This document shows positions 11,634 through 25,800 of a DNA stretch of 64,000 nt, piece by piece. How positions within the stretch are numbered: the stretch's first letter is position 1; each line of letters begins with the position of its first letter. The position numbers and the translations under genes are program-made. Location: the NCBI RefSeq assembly GCF_000150275.1, contig NW_002060946.1, forward strand, positions 4,421,454 through 4,485,453, in the 5' to 3' direction. The stretch comes from Trichoplax adhaerens. Taxonomy: Eukaryota > Animalia > Placozoa. A model generated the notes under the pieces. It saw nothing but the letters and a program-made list of their open reading frames with translations. It did not search any database and was not told the origin of the DNA.

Positions 11634-14600
11634 TCACTCGCTTTTGGAAGTAATTGATAAAAACATTGGAGAGAGGCTGTTTCTATGCAGTTTTTTACCA
11701 TTCACTACCATGACAACTGGATTTTCTACACGAACCCCTACAAATTTAAAATGCTAATAACAAAAAATAAATATTTTAAATCGATGAAATTGTGTAGAAA
11801 ATAAAAAGGAATAACGTTACAAATCCTGCATACCTGCTCGCGAAAACTAAAATCATTAGTCTGGACGTATGGTTCCGGTATAGCAACTGCATCCCCAATG
11901 TTGAATGATGCATTTGATGCCAGATTATATACAGACACGGCCACGATATCGCACTCAGAATCAGCCATAATAAATACACTATCAAAACAGTTATAGTAAA
12001 TTTACTTAACTAAAAATGGTAACGTTAGACATTATATAAATATCGTGAATAGAAATTTTACTTGTAAACTTACTAAGGAACCGGTTCAATATACGATATT
12101 ATCCCTAATATTTTACCAGAAATTACTGTTTCGTTGTTAATACCGGGACGTATACCAGATATGGGAATATGATTTAACTTAATTGTTTTTCCAGATGGAC
12201 TACTATAATTGCCACCTGCGAAAGGACCGAGGCTTTTCTCGGTCAAAGACTGGAGCATCGCGGTTAACCTTTTTTGCTTAATTTTACCCTACCAATTTAA
12301 GTATCGATATCGTTAATAATACGAGTACGATTTTGTAATATTGCGAATAAATTGAAAAACAAAACAATCAGGTCAATGAATTAGCACTATATTATAAATA
12401 CCTTGGTCTCAATAAATTCCATAATTTTCTTAAGATAAGATGTTATGTCTTCCAAACGCTCTTTACATTGAGTCCACGTTGGTTCTAATTGTAAAGCGCG
12501 ATCGTATCCTTCCATGGCTTTTTGATACTCCTCTTGATATTTATATACCTATAGGTAAGCCAATGTTAATTGCTATTTGTATCAATTAAGATTAATGAAG
12601 GTTTAGACATAGCTTACAAAGCATAAATCAAGCTTACAGTTGCTCTATTAAAATGTAAATCCGAGCAGAGGGCCGTTGATGAATCTTTATCCTTAAAATG
12701 GTGAAATGATTGCATACGAAAAGTAAGAAAAGATATATTTCTAATTAAAGGAATGGATAGTCCGATATTTTCATATTTCATGTTTTATTGAGTACGGTAA
12801 TTTTTAGCAACATCGCATGCTTAGCATTTAATTATGTATGCTACATACAGCTTGAGAATATGAGCTTAATGACTGCTGCAGTATTTTCGGTGATTGGCCA
12901 CCAGCAAAAAAGCGAGCAAGATAGGCGTTACCAAGTACGACTAGAGCGGTAGTAAATTACGATTCGATTTAAATTTTTTCAGAAGAGTCAAACATACGCG
13001 TATATATTTATGCTATAACGTACGCCATGAGTTGCCATCGGAGACATCAAGAGAAACTGCCTCTTTTGCAATATCGACAGATTCGCAAATATTTTTAAAT
13101 TTTTCCGAGGTATCTATAAGGACAAAATTTATCCATTGTTATCGTATTAACAGGGTTGTAATTTCGTTCTAAAATACTGAAATCGTAGTTCGATAATACT
13201 ACATTGTTTCCTTTAGATACTTAGCTACTTACCACTGCCCAGCTGCCTCAGTACCATTGAGTATCTTCGTAGAGAATCTTTGTTTCTAGACTACATGCGC
13301 ATTTATAGAGGTGACATAAAGTATACACAAATTGATGTAAGTCAAAAAGTTTTTAAATTGTAAGCAACACCTGCGAGTGAATATCGTAGAATCTGTGCAC
13401 AATATGTTTATAGATAATAACACAATGTTTGTTCTTAATTAAGATACTATAAATTAGATATGATTACTCACTCTCGTTATCGCATCATTAAAACAATTTT
13501 TAGCAGCCTCCATATTTTTTTTCTTCCAATAACATTCTCCTAAATTATTCCAAGCATCGATACTGGTGGGATCTAATTTAACAGCTAAAGATGAAGCTTT
13601 TTCAGCTTCGTCACTATAATCGGGCAACACATTGAGAGCTTTGCCTTTAATGTAACTACATTTAAATTTATATTCTTTCGATTGCAGTCTAAAGTCGGTT
13701 TGCTCTAATTGATTGAATTTATAAAGAAAGAAATATAACGTTACCTCATTAGTTTAATTAAACGTTGCAAAAAAGTTTGTTACAGTTTAGAATATACAAA
13801 TTATAGCATCAATGACGACTTTACCAAGTTATTCGACAGTTACCTTGAATCTGATCGATAATTGCTATAAGAGCAGACATCTTTTCTCGGAGCATAGAAT
13901 ACTTTTTATCCGAGAGCTTAACGGGATATAGCTCAAAGAAGTGGTCTCTCATATGATATAATTCCTGCAAAGATTTCTAAAAGTTCCAGGTAAAGCATTA
14001 GCTGGACATTTAGATTTAACATTGAGAGTAAAATTAAATTTTTATCAACATTTTTTGATTTATATTTTAATAAAATTGGATTTCAATAATTCGTAAAGAG
14101 TACTTCTAAATCTAGCTATACACAGTAAACTATTGCCTATAGCCTTATTGATCGTTGTTGATAAATTCAATAACAAAATGCTATAAAGAATTCTTGACAT
14201 TATTTGTAATCATAATGCCGTATCAGTATGTAGAAGAAAACGTAACAGTATTCCTTAATCTGGAACACTAATATAATATGATAAACAAACCATCGTTGAT
14301 AGTGGGTAAGGATGCGAAAGGATATGCTGATTAACAGTCTATGGTCCATAGCGAATAGCTTGAAGTTTTTACGAGTAAAATACTAATTACAAATACTACC
14401 GGTGTAACAGTTATTTTTAATAAGTTCAGTTTTAATATTAATTACGTATGTATTTCATCATTAAACTGTTCAGTACCAATGTGATTTGAATTTGACACTA
14501 ATCATACTGCACAAAAAATACCATTAATTTAACATTACTCACAATTTACAAAAGCCTACAAGCTATCGTAGGCTTATAAAATCATTCTTAAGCGTATTGA

Positions 14601-14914
14601 TATATTATGCGATGATACGTTACTTTGGCGACTACTCGCCCATAAGCAATTGCCCGGTTAACTTGTAAATTTGACGTCTTACACAACGTTATTATTTTTC
14701 TCCTCAATCCTATTCGCTACTTCAATATCTACTAAGGCAGTCATGACTGGTATCAACGTGTGTTGTTAATTCACTTAGGAAAACTTAACAAGACTGATAG
14801 TGGGCATTAGAGTAAGACGACGACATTGAATTGATACAATTTAAATTTAGCCATCATCTATACCTCAGCAGTTTCTAATTTCTGGCTAAATTGTTTTTCA
14901 TCAAATTCAGCCAT
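11634..14914 (-). CDS. TTC5: Tetratricopeptide repeat protein 5 (TTC5/STRAP), multi-exon
   Basis: ATG 14914 (MAEFDEKQF...), then exons encoding LQELYHMRDHFFE, KGKALNVLPDY...AVKLDPTSIDAWNNLGECYWKK, LRYSMVLRQL, SW..LGNAYLARFF, DLHFNRAT, LGPFAGGNY, IGDAVAIPEP and VRVENPVVMVVNGKK. Stop at 11634. Confidence 0.92.
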
Positions 14915-15458
14915 GGTTGAAATCGATTCAATCCTATCAAAATGAAAGGCAAATCATCAGGTAACATGGATAATCCATATTACGTATTAGATCATGACTC
15001 TATCGCTCGATGTATCTATACTACCTCCAAATATTGCCGCAGCAATCGCGATCGCAGAATTCTTCTTCAGGTAGTGCCGATGCTTTTCAATTCGTGATGG
15101 CTTGCAATGCTCTGTTTACCTAAATATGTCCCAAATTCGTCCTAATTTTTGTTGACTGCATACTATTGCCACAATGGCATGTAAGGGTACCAAGATAGAC
15201 TTTATTATGGCGTAGATACTGAGTCCAAGTCAGTCTATACTGAACGCTGCACTGTTCAGCGTCCACGGTTGTAGGCAGTCGATGGTCTACGAGGTACGGT
15301 TGAGTAAACTGTACCAAAGTAGAGAACATAATATAGACTACAGTATAGAAAGAGGAAAGAATAGATGACACTGTATGAACAACTTCTCTGGTACTGTATC
15401 GAACAGTACAGTACATTAGTATGACTTCAGCTTGAGGCGTATTTTAATATGGCAGTTA

Positions 15459-15510
15459 TGCAGGGACTACTCGAAAGAAGAGAAAGTAGTTCTTTCGAGT
15501 AGTCCCTGCA
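15459..15510. repeat. Perfect 21-bp inverted repeat with a 10-nt loop
   Basis: TGCAGGGACTACTCGAAAGAA (15459-15479) / TTCTTTCGAGTAGTCCCTGCA (15490-15510). Confidence 0.95.
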
Positions 15511-16134
15511 GTATACTACACTATACCATGCTGCTCATCGTAGCAATACTGTAGAGCCTTGTCGCATTCATGTATAGATTACATTTGAATCCATATTCCG
15601 TGTTGGAATCTCCCTTGCAATCAAGGATGTCGATACAGTTTGCAGAGCCAGAGCATCGCCTAGCTATAGGACTGTTCAAAGGGGTTGAAAGCTTTCATGG
15701 CATTTATTAACTTACGATCATCACTGCACTACTTTATGGCAATGCTAGCCCATGTGAGCATGTTTGAGACACATATTCCAAGTAAATAATGCAATTATGG
15801 ATAGCACTGCACCCCATGTACCGAATATTAACTCATATAGGGCAGTATTTCATATCTCCCTTACCTTAATGTTGTAACTCAATACAGTATAGGAAAAAAT
15901 ATCATCTCTCCAAATGAATAAAGAGAATAGTCATGGCTAGCAATTATCAATAAAGCTACTGTTCATTGCCACAGTAGGCTATTCATGAATGCATATCAAC
16001 GAATCAATAAATAGACTATACATTAATATGTTGACATATTATTACTATTCTCTATTCGAACAATTTTACTGTTTTCCATCAGTAGCACCATTACCGATGT
16101 TGCTATATCAAAGCTTATCCTAGACCTGCAGGGT

Positions 16135-16148
16135 GTTGCCATAGCAAC
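16135..16148. promoter_or_regulatory. Consensus RFX X-box upstream of CNBD1
   Basis: GTTGCCATAGCAAC, about 300 bp upstream of the CNBD1 ATG (16446). Confidence 0.8.
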
Positions 16149-16445
16149 GACGAGATACGCATATCGTCGCCAATCGTATATTACATTATTGTATCATCTA
16201 CATTGGATCAGTTATGAACATGTCATAGAAATATAGAATACATACTGTGTTATTCTATTCCATTTATACAGGAATAAATCCATTTTTAGCTCATCTACAT
16301 TTTACTTTAATCAGTAAAGCGTTTAAGCGATTAAACTAGCTATATTTAAGACGTACAATACTGTAGATATTATTAAGATAACATTAGCATACTCGTCCAT
16401 TTGGAGAGAGATAGTTTTGTGTTATGCATAGTTAGTCAATCAAAA

Positions 16446-19400
16446 ATGGCTCTAGTTAAAGTTTCTAAGAAAGAAACCGCTTGGGCTGGTAGGCGAGCAA
16501 AAACGACTCATTTTAAAGGTAAGCCAAGAATAAACTTATCTCATTAAGCAAAAGTATTTTTTAAATACCAGTCGATAATATTAATATACGTACATGAATT
16601 TGCAGAATAATAGTAAGAATTACTAGTAGTTGAAAAATTACTGCATTACTCTTGTCGTCTTGTAATGCGTGAACAAACTACTGTCTAGTAATTAGTGATC
16701 TCATTAAATGTATATTAAATTAAAAAATGCATTCATTTATTACGTTTGCTTCTATCAATGCGACATCAACTTCATAATCTAAAAACTGATAGTAAATATT
16801 TTATTAGTACATTAGAATAGCAACAGGTTGTAAATTTCACGCTTTAAAATAAATATAAGAACGAGTATGATAGGCGTAAAGACTTGCATAATTACTAGCA
16901 ATCATGTCAAATCCGATATTATGCAATAATAACACGAACATAAAATCAAGAATGGATTTTTTTTACTGTAATAAAGTAGCAATAAGTTGTGCTTTCAATC
17001 ATTCAGTAAATTAAAATAAATAAATGATAATAAATTTATGATCTAAGAGTTATCATAGCGTAAATCCGATGATGCGCAAGATAACAGACATTTAAAATTA
17101 AAAGTTCTTCTAAGTCGGAGTAGCACCAGGTTGCATATTCAACTCTCGAAAATGTTAAAGTAGAGAAAGTATCATTTAAAACTACGGTATATGAATCGTC
17201 ATGGACTGTACTAAAGATATGTTGTCAGAATGTGTAGTAGAATCAATGTACGCGTAGGTTAAGAAGCAGCAATTATGACAACCTTAACTAATGCATTTTA
17301 ATATTAATTAACCACGTTATTTTTTTCTAATTTACAAAGACCAATTTTTATACAACGCATCATTTTACAATACCTCATTATCAATTATATTTTTATTACC
17401 GGCATATATAAAACTTTATGTATTAGTCCGTGAACGATCAAATTATGAAATCAATTATGCCAATTTGGTCGAATTACTTAATCTAGAGGGATTAAAATCA
17501 AGGTAAGTTTAGGCCAGTAGGCATTGCTATTCTTAATTAAATTAATACTGTTTAACATTTCATAATAGCATTAAACATTTTGATTCTTATCGTAAAGAGA
17601 TCGAGAGACAACCCCAGAAGCTCATCAGGAGTTTATGAAACGCTACCGTACCATCTTTCAAAAACCAGTGCTAGCAGATGAAATCTTAAAAAATGATAAA
17701 AAGTATAAATTTCACTTCATTTTTTATTGTCTAAATTTAATGAAGCATTGACATTCTTACACAATTTTAATTATAGTGACGATCAAGCTTCCACAAAGGC
17801 CGATTCAGTGCAATCGACAGGTAAAAAACCTTATATGTTATATCGTCAGAAATGATCGATTAGAGTTAATCAGTCGGACATACTGTCAATACTTATTGCC
17901 TAAAATTAGTAATCATATTGCTGAACTACATTTTGTAACGCATAGGGATTCCAAGTGCACTACCCCCAATACGAAGAACTATGACTGCTCCACAGCCCAT
18001 GGACCATAACATTTCACATTTCACTAAAAATTTACATCGTCAACGATTAATGATAAATCCTGAAGCGCTATTTTTGGAAAGAATTAAAAATCTAAAGAAA
18101 TTAGTGAAAATTACGTAAGTTACCGTGTAATTGACGTTTTTATTCTTCGATTCATTCTGATTACATAATTTTGTTAACACGTAATCATCATTTCAATTAA
18201 ACGTGCAGTTAGCATAGCATACTAACCTTATTCCTAAAATATAATGATTTTATGAATAAGAAATTATTGCATAACAGCATTATTTGCAATTCTACTTATG
18301 GACTGGTATTGAAAATGTTTCTGCTATACTAATTTCTACATAATCTTAATTTTAAAATAGACCTTATGAAAGAACTAGAGAACAACGAATAATAATATAT
18401 CAACATCTAAGGCACATGTCATCACTAAAATCGCAAATTCCATTGAATATTTTAAAAGAATTAGCAGCTACAATTCAATACGAAAAATGGCCTGATGTTG
18501 GCTACACAGGTAAAGAAGTGAATGATATCTTTACTACAGCTATAATTTCTGAATCAAAACAGCTAACGATATCAATATTGCTGAAATTATTTATTTTCAA
18601 CTCAAAACTTAAAATCTGCTTTGTTTTGCACTTCAAGCATTTGCCAATAATTGCCTTTACTTCATCCTTCGTGGGAAAGTTGTACCAAATCTTGAAGCAC
18701 AAGAATCTTACTTTAATTTATCATCAAGCAATTTCTCGCATCGATCATCAAATACACCAACACTATTTCAGTTAAAGCGATCAGCAACATCTGGCGACTT
18801 TAGTATAATATCTGATACATCTGATGATGACGGTATTCATGGCGATCGCAATTCCGAAGTCGTATCTGCTGCTTCAACAGATCGCTACAGCCAAGCTAGA
18901 AGCCGAGCATCATTAACCTTTACATTCGGTCAAGATTATAATCAAGATGAATCAGAAAATACATTTGAAGAAGTAAATAATCAGCAGGTAAGTGATAAAT
19001 GGGAATAAAATTGTACTAAAATTCGTAATATAATATGAAGCAAAATTAGATTTATAATTTTCGTTCTTGAATATTATCATTCAGGAATTGACTGCTGGCG
19101 ATACGTTTGGTACAGTGGAAATAGAAGATAAACCAAACTATACAAAGTAAATTGTACTTTGAAATTATGTATCAGATATTGAATCAAATTTTAATTAGTG
19201 AATATGCGTTTTGGATCTTATAGAATACTGGCGGTCACTATACAAGAGCCGAGTGAATTTCTTCGAATATCTATCGATGATTATAAGCGAATAAAAGTGG
19301 TAAAAATTGTGACAGTCGAATTTACACTTAATAAATTACGTATTTAAATGATTTCCCATTTTAAACCTTCTTGCCCTAGCAATTTGAGGAACAAGATTTC

Positions 19401-21020
19401 AAAAATAAATTTGAATTGTTGCGTGGATGTCTCCTCTTTTCAAGTTGGCCGAAAAGTACACTATCAAGATTGTCTAAGTTAATCATTTGGAGGACTTTTC
19501 CTCCAGGAACAGGTATTACAAACAAATAGTTAATGATCATTAGTAAAGATAAATTACTGGCCTTTGCATAGTCGCTATCTAAAGTGATCACGTAGAAGCT
19601 ACTTACTGTTCTTGTGTACATAACTCACTGATTTTTTATTACTTTATTTGATCAATCAGTCCTTGTTCGAGAAGGAGAGCAAAACCGCAGTATTATATTT
19701 CTCAAGAAAGGGCAATGTCAAGTGTATCGTCAGATTAGGGTTCCCTATATGGCATCCATGACGGAAATGGTAGAGAATGACTCTAATTATATATTTATCA
19801 AATCAGTTGTTTACTCTTGCTATATCTGTGTATTTCAAAGATACGATGCTAGCCATATATCGCAAATAATCATATCTATATCGAATTTATGGCGTACTTT
19901 AAGCCCTCGTTATAGCAGCCAACATTCTCTGTTTTATCGTTTTTATCACACTAGTAACTCTAAGCCAATAAAAGATGTAATCTTAGTACTGTGTATTTTC
20001 CTAAATTAAACTTGCCTCAGGTCGTCTATTTAAGATATCGATTCGTTTTATGAATAGCATATTAGTATCGATTTATGCCATATGATTTAAATTTTTAATC
20101 TGTATAATTCAATTATGCTGTTTCATTTTTACTTGCAATGATCCTAATTACAATTAACGTTTTCTGTTATTAAGGCAACACGAAGTAAAAAAGTGCCTAT
20201 GGGAGTATTGCAGCCCGGAGCTTATTTTGGAAATTTAAGTGTACTGAGTCATAAATCGGAGATTTATACTATTGTTGCCGCGACTGAAATAGAAGCAGGA
20301 TTATTAACCAAAACTAGAATTAATAGTAAGATTCGCTATGTACTTTCAAACTTTATTACTTATCTATTCTCTTTAGACACGATATCATAATCTAAAGACA
20401 TTAGTAAACAATGGATATCTATTTTATAAAAAATTCTCATTTAAATTTAAATAGAATTAGATAGTACAACAGCTGCTTTCCTTGAGCAATCAGAAGAATC
20501 AACTGGTATAGATCTGACTCAGGTAATACGATAAAATTATCAAAGTAAACTGATCGTTAAAGATAATTGAATTAAATGTGAGACCACTACTTATGACCAC
20601 TAGGAGCTGAATTAAACGTAATGCTATTCCATAATTTCTATATTCACGTTAATACTAAGCATCTCCTGCCACAATTTCGTATAATCATAATAGGAGGAAA
20701 TTAATGAGAAGTATGTGAAGCGAGAGCTAGATCGAGAATGGACTCAATATAAGGTAAACATATATATTAAATCTAATAAATTATACATTACAATGCTAAA
20801 TACAATTAACATCCGTATTAACATTGCTTTTAGTAATTACTATGCTATTATTCTCGTAACCACTTAGGAAGAAATTTTGGGAGAAGTATTACAGGATCAT
20901 AGTATCCATCCGGGTACGGGAAAATGGAAATTTAAACCAGATGATACAAAACTCAAACATTTATGGAATCACGATTGTGTTACTGATCGATTCATTAAAA
21001 ATCGCAGTGTCACAAAATAA
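16446..21020 (+). CDS. CNBD1: Cyclic nucleotide-binding domain-containing protein 1-like, many short exons
   Basis: Spliced segments MALVKVSKK..., INYANLVELL, EAHQEFMKRYRTIFQKP and LPYERTREQR...LKELAATIQYEKW resemble the vertebrate CNBD1 N-terminal half as I recall it. CNB motifs: LYFILRGKV, LTAGDTFGTVE, VREGEQNRSIIFLKKGQC and LQPGAYFGNLSVL. Stop TAA at 21018-21020. Confidence 0.8.
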
Positions 21021-22805
21021 AAGTGATGCTCGCAGATTAGATTGCAAGTTAGGCTTCTTCCTTTTTCTTCCTATTCCAAGCTATTACTTATATTAGAAAA
21101 TACTACAAAAAGGGTATATTTTTGCTATTCTATAAAATGAATATTGGAATTTTTGGTAACACTTATTTCAAATATGAAATTGCCATCAGGATTTAATATT
21201 TTCGTAAGAAATTATAACCTGCTCATATAAAATGATCAATGTATATAAATTGAAATCTACTGAATCTATTTTTCTTGTTTTATTTATCTTAAATTATGAA
21301 TTGAATTATATACTCGCATTGTAATCTGCGGTCATGATGGCTGCGACCATTGCCAAAGATTTAAGTTGAGATTGATATTCAGGCTTATTACCAAATATGA
21401 ACAATTTAATCCTGCCTGTATATAACTAATTAGATAATTAATTTATATGTGCCCTAGAATCAGGTTCTTAGGACATATAACTGGATTCTCTCTTTTATAT
21501 ATACTTTTTAAGATATTCCATTTCCTTATAGGGAAATATTCGATTAGCTCAGTTTAATAAATGATCGGTTGGAATTAAGCTAAGGTATTTATTCTTGAAC
21601 AATCCTATAAAAAACTGATAGTTCCTAACGTAGTTCAAGAAAATTATAAAGTATTTTGGCCTTTTAATATAAAGTTTCAACGGTAATGAAAGACGAAATT
21701 GATCTCAAGTTTACTATTGGTCAATCCTTTTGTTGGAAACGTAAGCGTAATTATTATAAGTGCTGTATCACATCTGATAGACTAGTATACCTATACAGTC
21801 TATAAAAGTGCATGAATCTTAGAATACATATCACGCGTAATATGTATAACCAATATGAATGAATGTCATATGCATAAAGTATACGCATATATGTGATTTA
21901 TCGTTCAAAAAGTGGTAGTTCAAATTCGTTAATATCCCGATAATGTATTTTAGTGATATTTTATCAGCATCATGGTGACAAAAATACCGTTAGTATAGGA
22001 ATGATAAATTATAAAAGCATTTTTGATGGTATAATTTGTATAAATACGTATAGCAATAGCAATATTTTGCGATAAGCTAGTCTTTCATTGCTTTTAAATC
22101 TTAAAACACCATTATAAATTATGATTTGGCAAGAAAGTTACGCAAAATGTGTAGTATCACACATTATGCACATTATTTAAATATTGCACAAATGATGTAA
22201 TTAATTTTTTAATTAATTAATCTTTTCCAGAAAACAAATTAGTAAACGATTAAGAAAATTATTAAAATTCAGCATCTTTAGCAACTTTCATACTGAATCA
22301 TTTAAAATTGAACAGTATTGTGCGCAGCAAATATAGCGTAGGGGTTGATTTTAAAAGTTCAAATATTGTATTTAGACATGTGAAGTCTGCAAAAGCTTCG
22401 TCATCTTAAAGTTATAATTTACAGGTTGGTAATGTAAAAACTAAAAAAGGACACATTGCTGCTGGGATTTTCAACTTAAATAGAAATTGAGGTGAAATTC
22501 AGACGGAATTAGGTAATCTTTTCATAAATTTATAATACTATCGTATGAGACTTTCTTGAATTTCATTGAGATCACTAGGTTGAGAGTATACAATAATCAT
22601 CCATATAACATAATCGAGCATTTAGTTTTTGAACACGTTTCAGATCAGATTTATCCTAATACAAACTGCTTACTACCGATGCAGGTTTGCAAATCTATTA
22701 CAAAATATAATTCTAAACATGAACGAAGCATTCGATTCAATTTTAGATATAAAGTCAAGATTTAAATTTATATTATTTTAAAGCAAAGTTAATAGAAAAT
22801 ACTAG

Positions 22806-25800
22806 CTATACTGTAGACACATAAATGGAACCATGTTTGGTCGAGCCATCGGTTGGGGATACATTTACGTCATCTTGGCTTATTGGTTTATTAGTATCTT
22901 CCTCTTGCACCTCTTTTTCCTCTCTACCGTATTTTGACCATTTAGCAACTACGAGCGAATCTGCTAGAATTTGTGTCATATGTGCAATAACCACAGAAAC
23001 TGTCATTAGACCCTGATTAGCAAGAGTGACGGGTGAATATGATATTAAAACTACTGCGATAGAAAGAGTTTTTTGGCTTGCTAAGATGACCACACTTTTA
23101 GTTGCTTTAATATCTAACCGTAGTACGAGCCATGATACTGACCAATTAGTCAATAAAAATATGATATGGATTGCTAGCGACCACAGAATAATCATAATTA
23201 TATTCTGAGGTTCTATAAAGTTGAATGCCCCAGTTGCTCGAGCATTACTGACCTTCATCCAAGGTATGATGATTAAAGCGAAAGAACTTGTCAATTTTGA
23301 TAAGTTACTGTATTTTTTAACATATTTCGCGACTACTTTAATATATGATAGAGCCTTTCCAACCTGTGCAAACAGAAATTAACGTTTAATGAGTCATTTT
23401 GGCCATACTGATAGTTACCGTGTATAACACAGTACTTTTGTGTGAGTAATATGCAGCTATAACAAGTACGGTACAAAGCATAGCAAATAAATTCAATCTT
23501 AAGTTAATAGATGTATACCAAATGCTATCTTTCTTACCAGTAAGGGTAACAAGACAGTTAAGGTTAGATTTCGGATTAAAATTCCGATATCAGCAGGAGT
23601 AATTGAAGAGTTGACGATAGTTAGCCAAGCAACAATTAGCGGGCTAAGGAAAGCCCCTAAAACGTTCGATGTTACAGTTAGCATCACTGCCAATGCATAA
23701 TTTCCACCTGCTTGACCAGCCTGCCAGAATAATTTAAACAAGAGATTGTTGTATGTAAATAGTTTTTATTCGATTATTAATTATTTGAAGTTTATAACGC
23801 CTTGAGTTTACTACGGTACATATAGATACAAGTATTTAAATTTTACGAGGAAATGGGCTTTATTCATAGGTAACCTAGCTACCTCTATAAAAATCCAATT
23901 AAAGTCTTTGTATGGATTTGAAATAAAGTAAACTATAAAGATTTAGTAAAAAAAATAATAGTACCGTATATATTTCATCTCTAGAAGTGAACAATTTAAG
24001 AGCTGTAAAATCTAAAATGGTATGGCTAACGTACATCTTAGCGTAGAATTACTGTAAAATAAAACTATGTAGAATTACTGTAAAATAAAACTATAGTACA
24101 GAGTTGAGGTTCAATACTATTAGTGAAACTGGTGTATACGAATATTATACTTTATTTTTACATAAACTCATGATTCAAGAGCTGCTAATAGTGTTTAATG
24201 TAGCATGAATAAGATCAGCTTCCTTATAAACAGTAATATGTACTCGTATTTGGGTTCTATATAATAACAGTGATAAAATCAGTATATTATCGTAGTGTAG
24301 AACTCACTCCCTACAGCTCTTAAATCATACACGTACGCGTATATTGATTTAAGAGCTGTTACTAAGATTTCAGTCATAATACGATAAATATGGTCGTTTT
24401 TCGGAGTAATATTTAGTATAAGCTATCCATACTACTGTGGGTAAATTTAATATAACAACAAGTGGCAAAAATTGGTATTGCCTATTGTAATACACGCTCA
24501 ACCTTAGCATGGTTCAAGAGCTGCTTAGAGTCGTACGATTTAGCTCATTGTTTTATTATAGAAATGACTATAAATTATGATAACTAGAGGTAACATAATA
24601 TCAAAGACGAAATTAGTATCGCTAGTGAAACTCTATCTCTGCAAATACTAATAACCCTACGAGTTGTTGCATGGATTTAATTAATTAATTAATTAAAGTA
24701 GTATGGACAAAGTCTTTCCGTTACGGAAATTCTGCGTGTCTGCTCGATAATACTTTTGATATGCATGTTCTACCTCAGCATTAATGAATTTAAAAGTTGC
24801 TTATACGTATGCTTTAGAGTGACATACACAGGGTCACTATTATGTTGCAAAAGTTTCTATACAACAAACTACTCTATTTTGTTAGGAACTGTAGTGCGTG
24901 GAGTGCTGAATTGAGTCAGAGGATTAACTATTCAGTATTACTGTATAGTACATCAATAAATCGCGTAAGAGGACAATTTATAAGGTATTAATATCTACTA
25001 CTGTATGATTTAAATTAATAAAAAATAAGAATAGCTTGAGCGCATAACAGGATGATATCGTGGTTACCTATTTGCGTTTAGTAAGAATATCGGCGTAAAC
25101 TAAAGCAACAATCCTGTATTAGCGTATCATTCATTCATTAAATATAATGGATTAATTTTTTAAGTTGTATGACAACAGGCTTGATGAGTTTGATCATTGC
25201 CGCTTGCTTATCCATGTGTAGACTGATTAATTCCCATGACTAAATTAATTTTAAACGATCGTATTTGTTGTTACCGATCAGGGTTTAATAAGAATGTTGG
25301 CGTAGAATAAAGCTACTATCTGACGTTAACTCATTATCCATTTATTCATTGAATGTCATGGATTAATATTTTAAATTGATTGACAAGAGCGTTGATAAGT
25401 TTACGACATTTGAGATCACTTTCATTTCACGGACCAGGACTATAGGACTGGTCTGTGAAATGAAATGGATCTGATAGTTGATCATTATCTTATGTCTATG
25501 CATTTCTAGACTAGTCAATTTACGTCATTTATAAGTCCTAGTTTTAGTCAATGGATTAGATTGGATGTATATTACTTACCATTAAGACTCCAGAGGAAAT
25601 GGTGCATGGGCAGCAAAAGAATATCTGCAATCCAATACTGAAATCAGCTGGTCCAAGAATATTACTGCTAGCATTATCGATATTCCTGGACGTATTAGTA
25701 TAATTAGCGGTAGTCGGTGGCAAATAAGGTAATAGTGATGTTAACTTAGTTCCAATAACTGATGTTACTAAGAAAATACTTAATAATCCCCATAACGATG

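Noticed and set aside
14317-14325. Perfect U12 donor ATATCCTTT on the minus strand inside TTC5 intron 1
   Set aside because: No matching CCTTAAC branch or AC acceptor was found, and TTC5 exons 1-2 join in frame through normal GT-AG.
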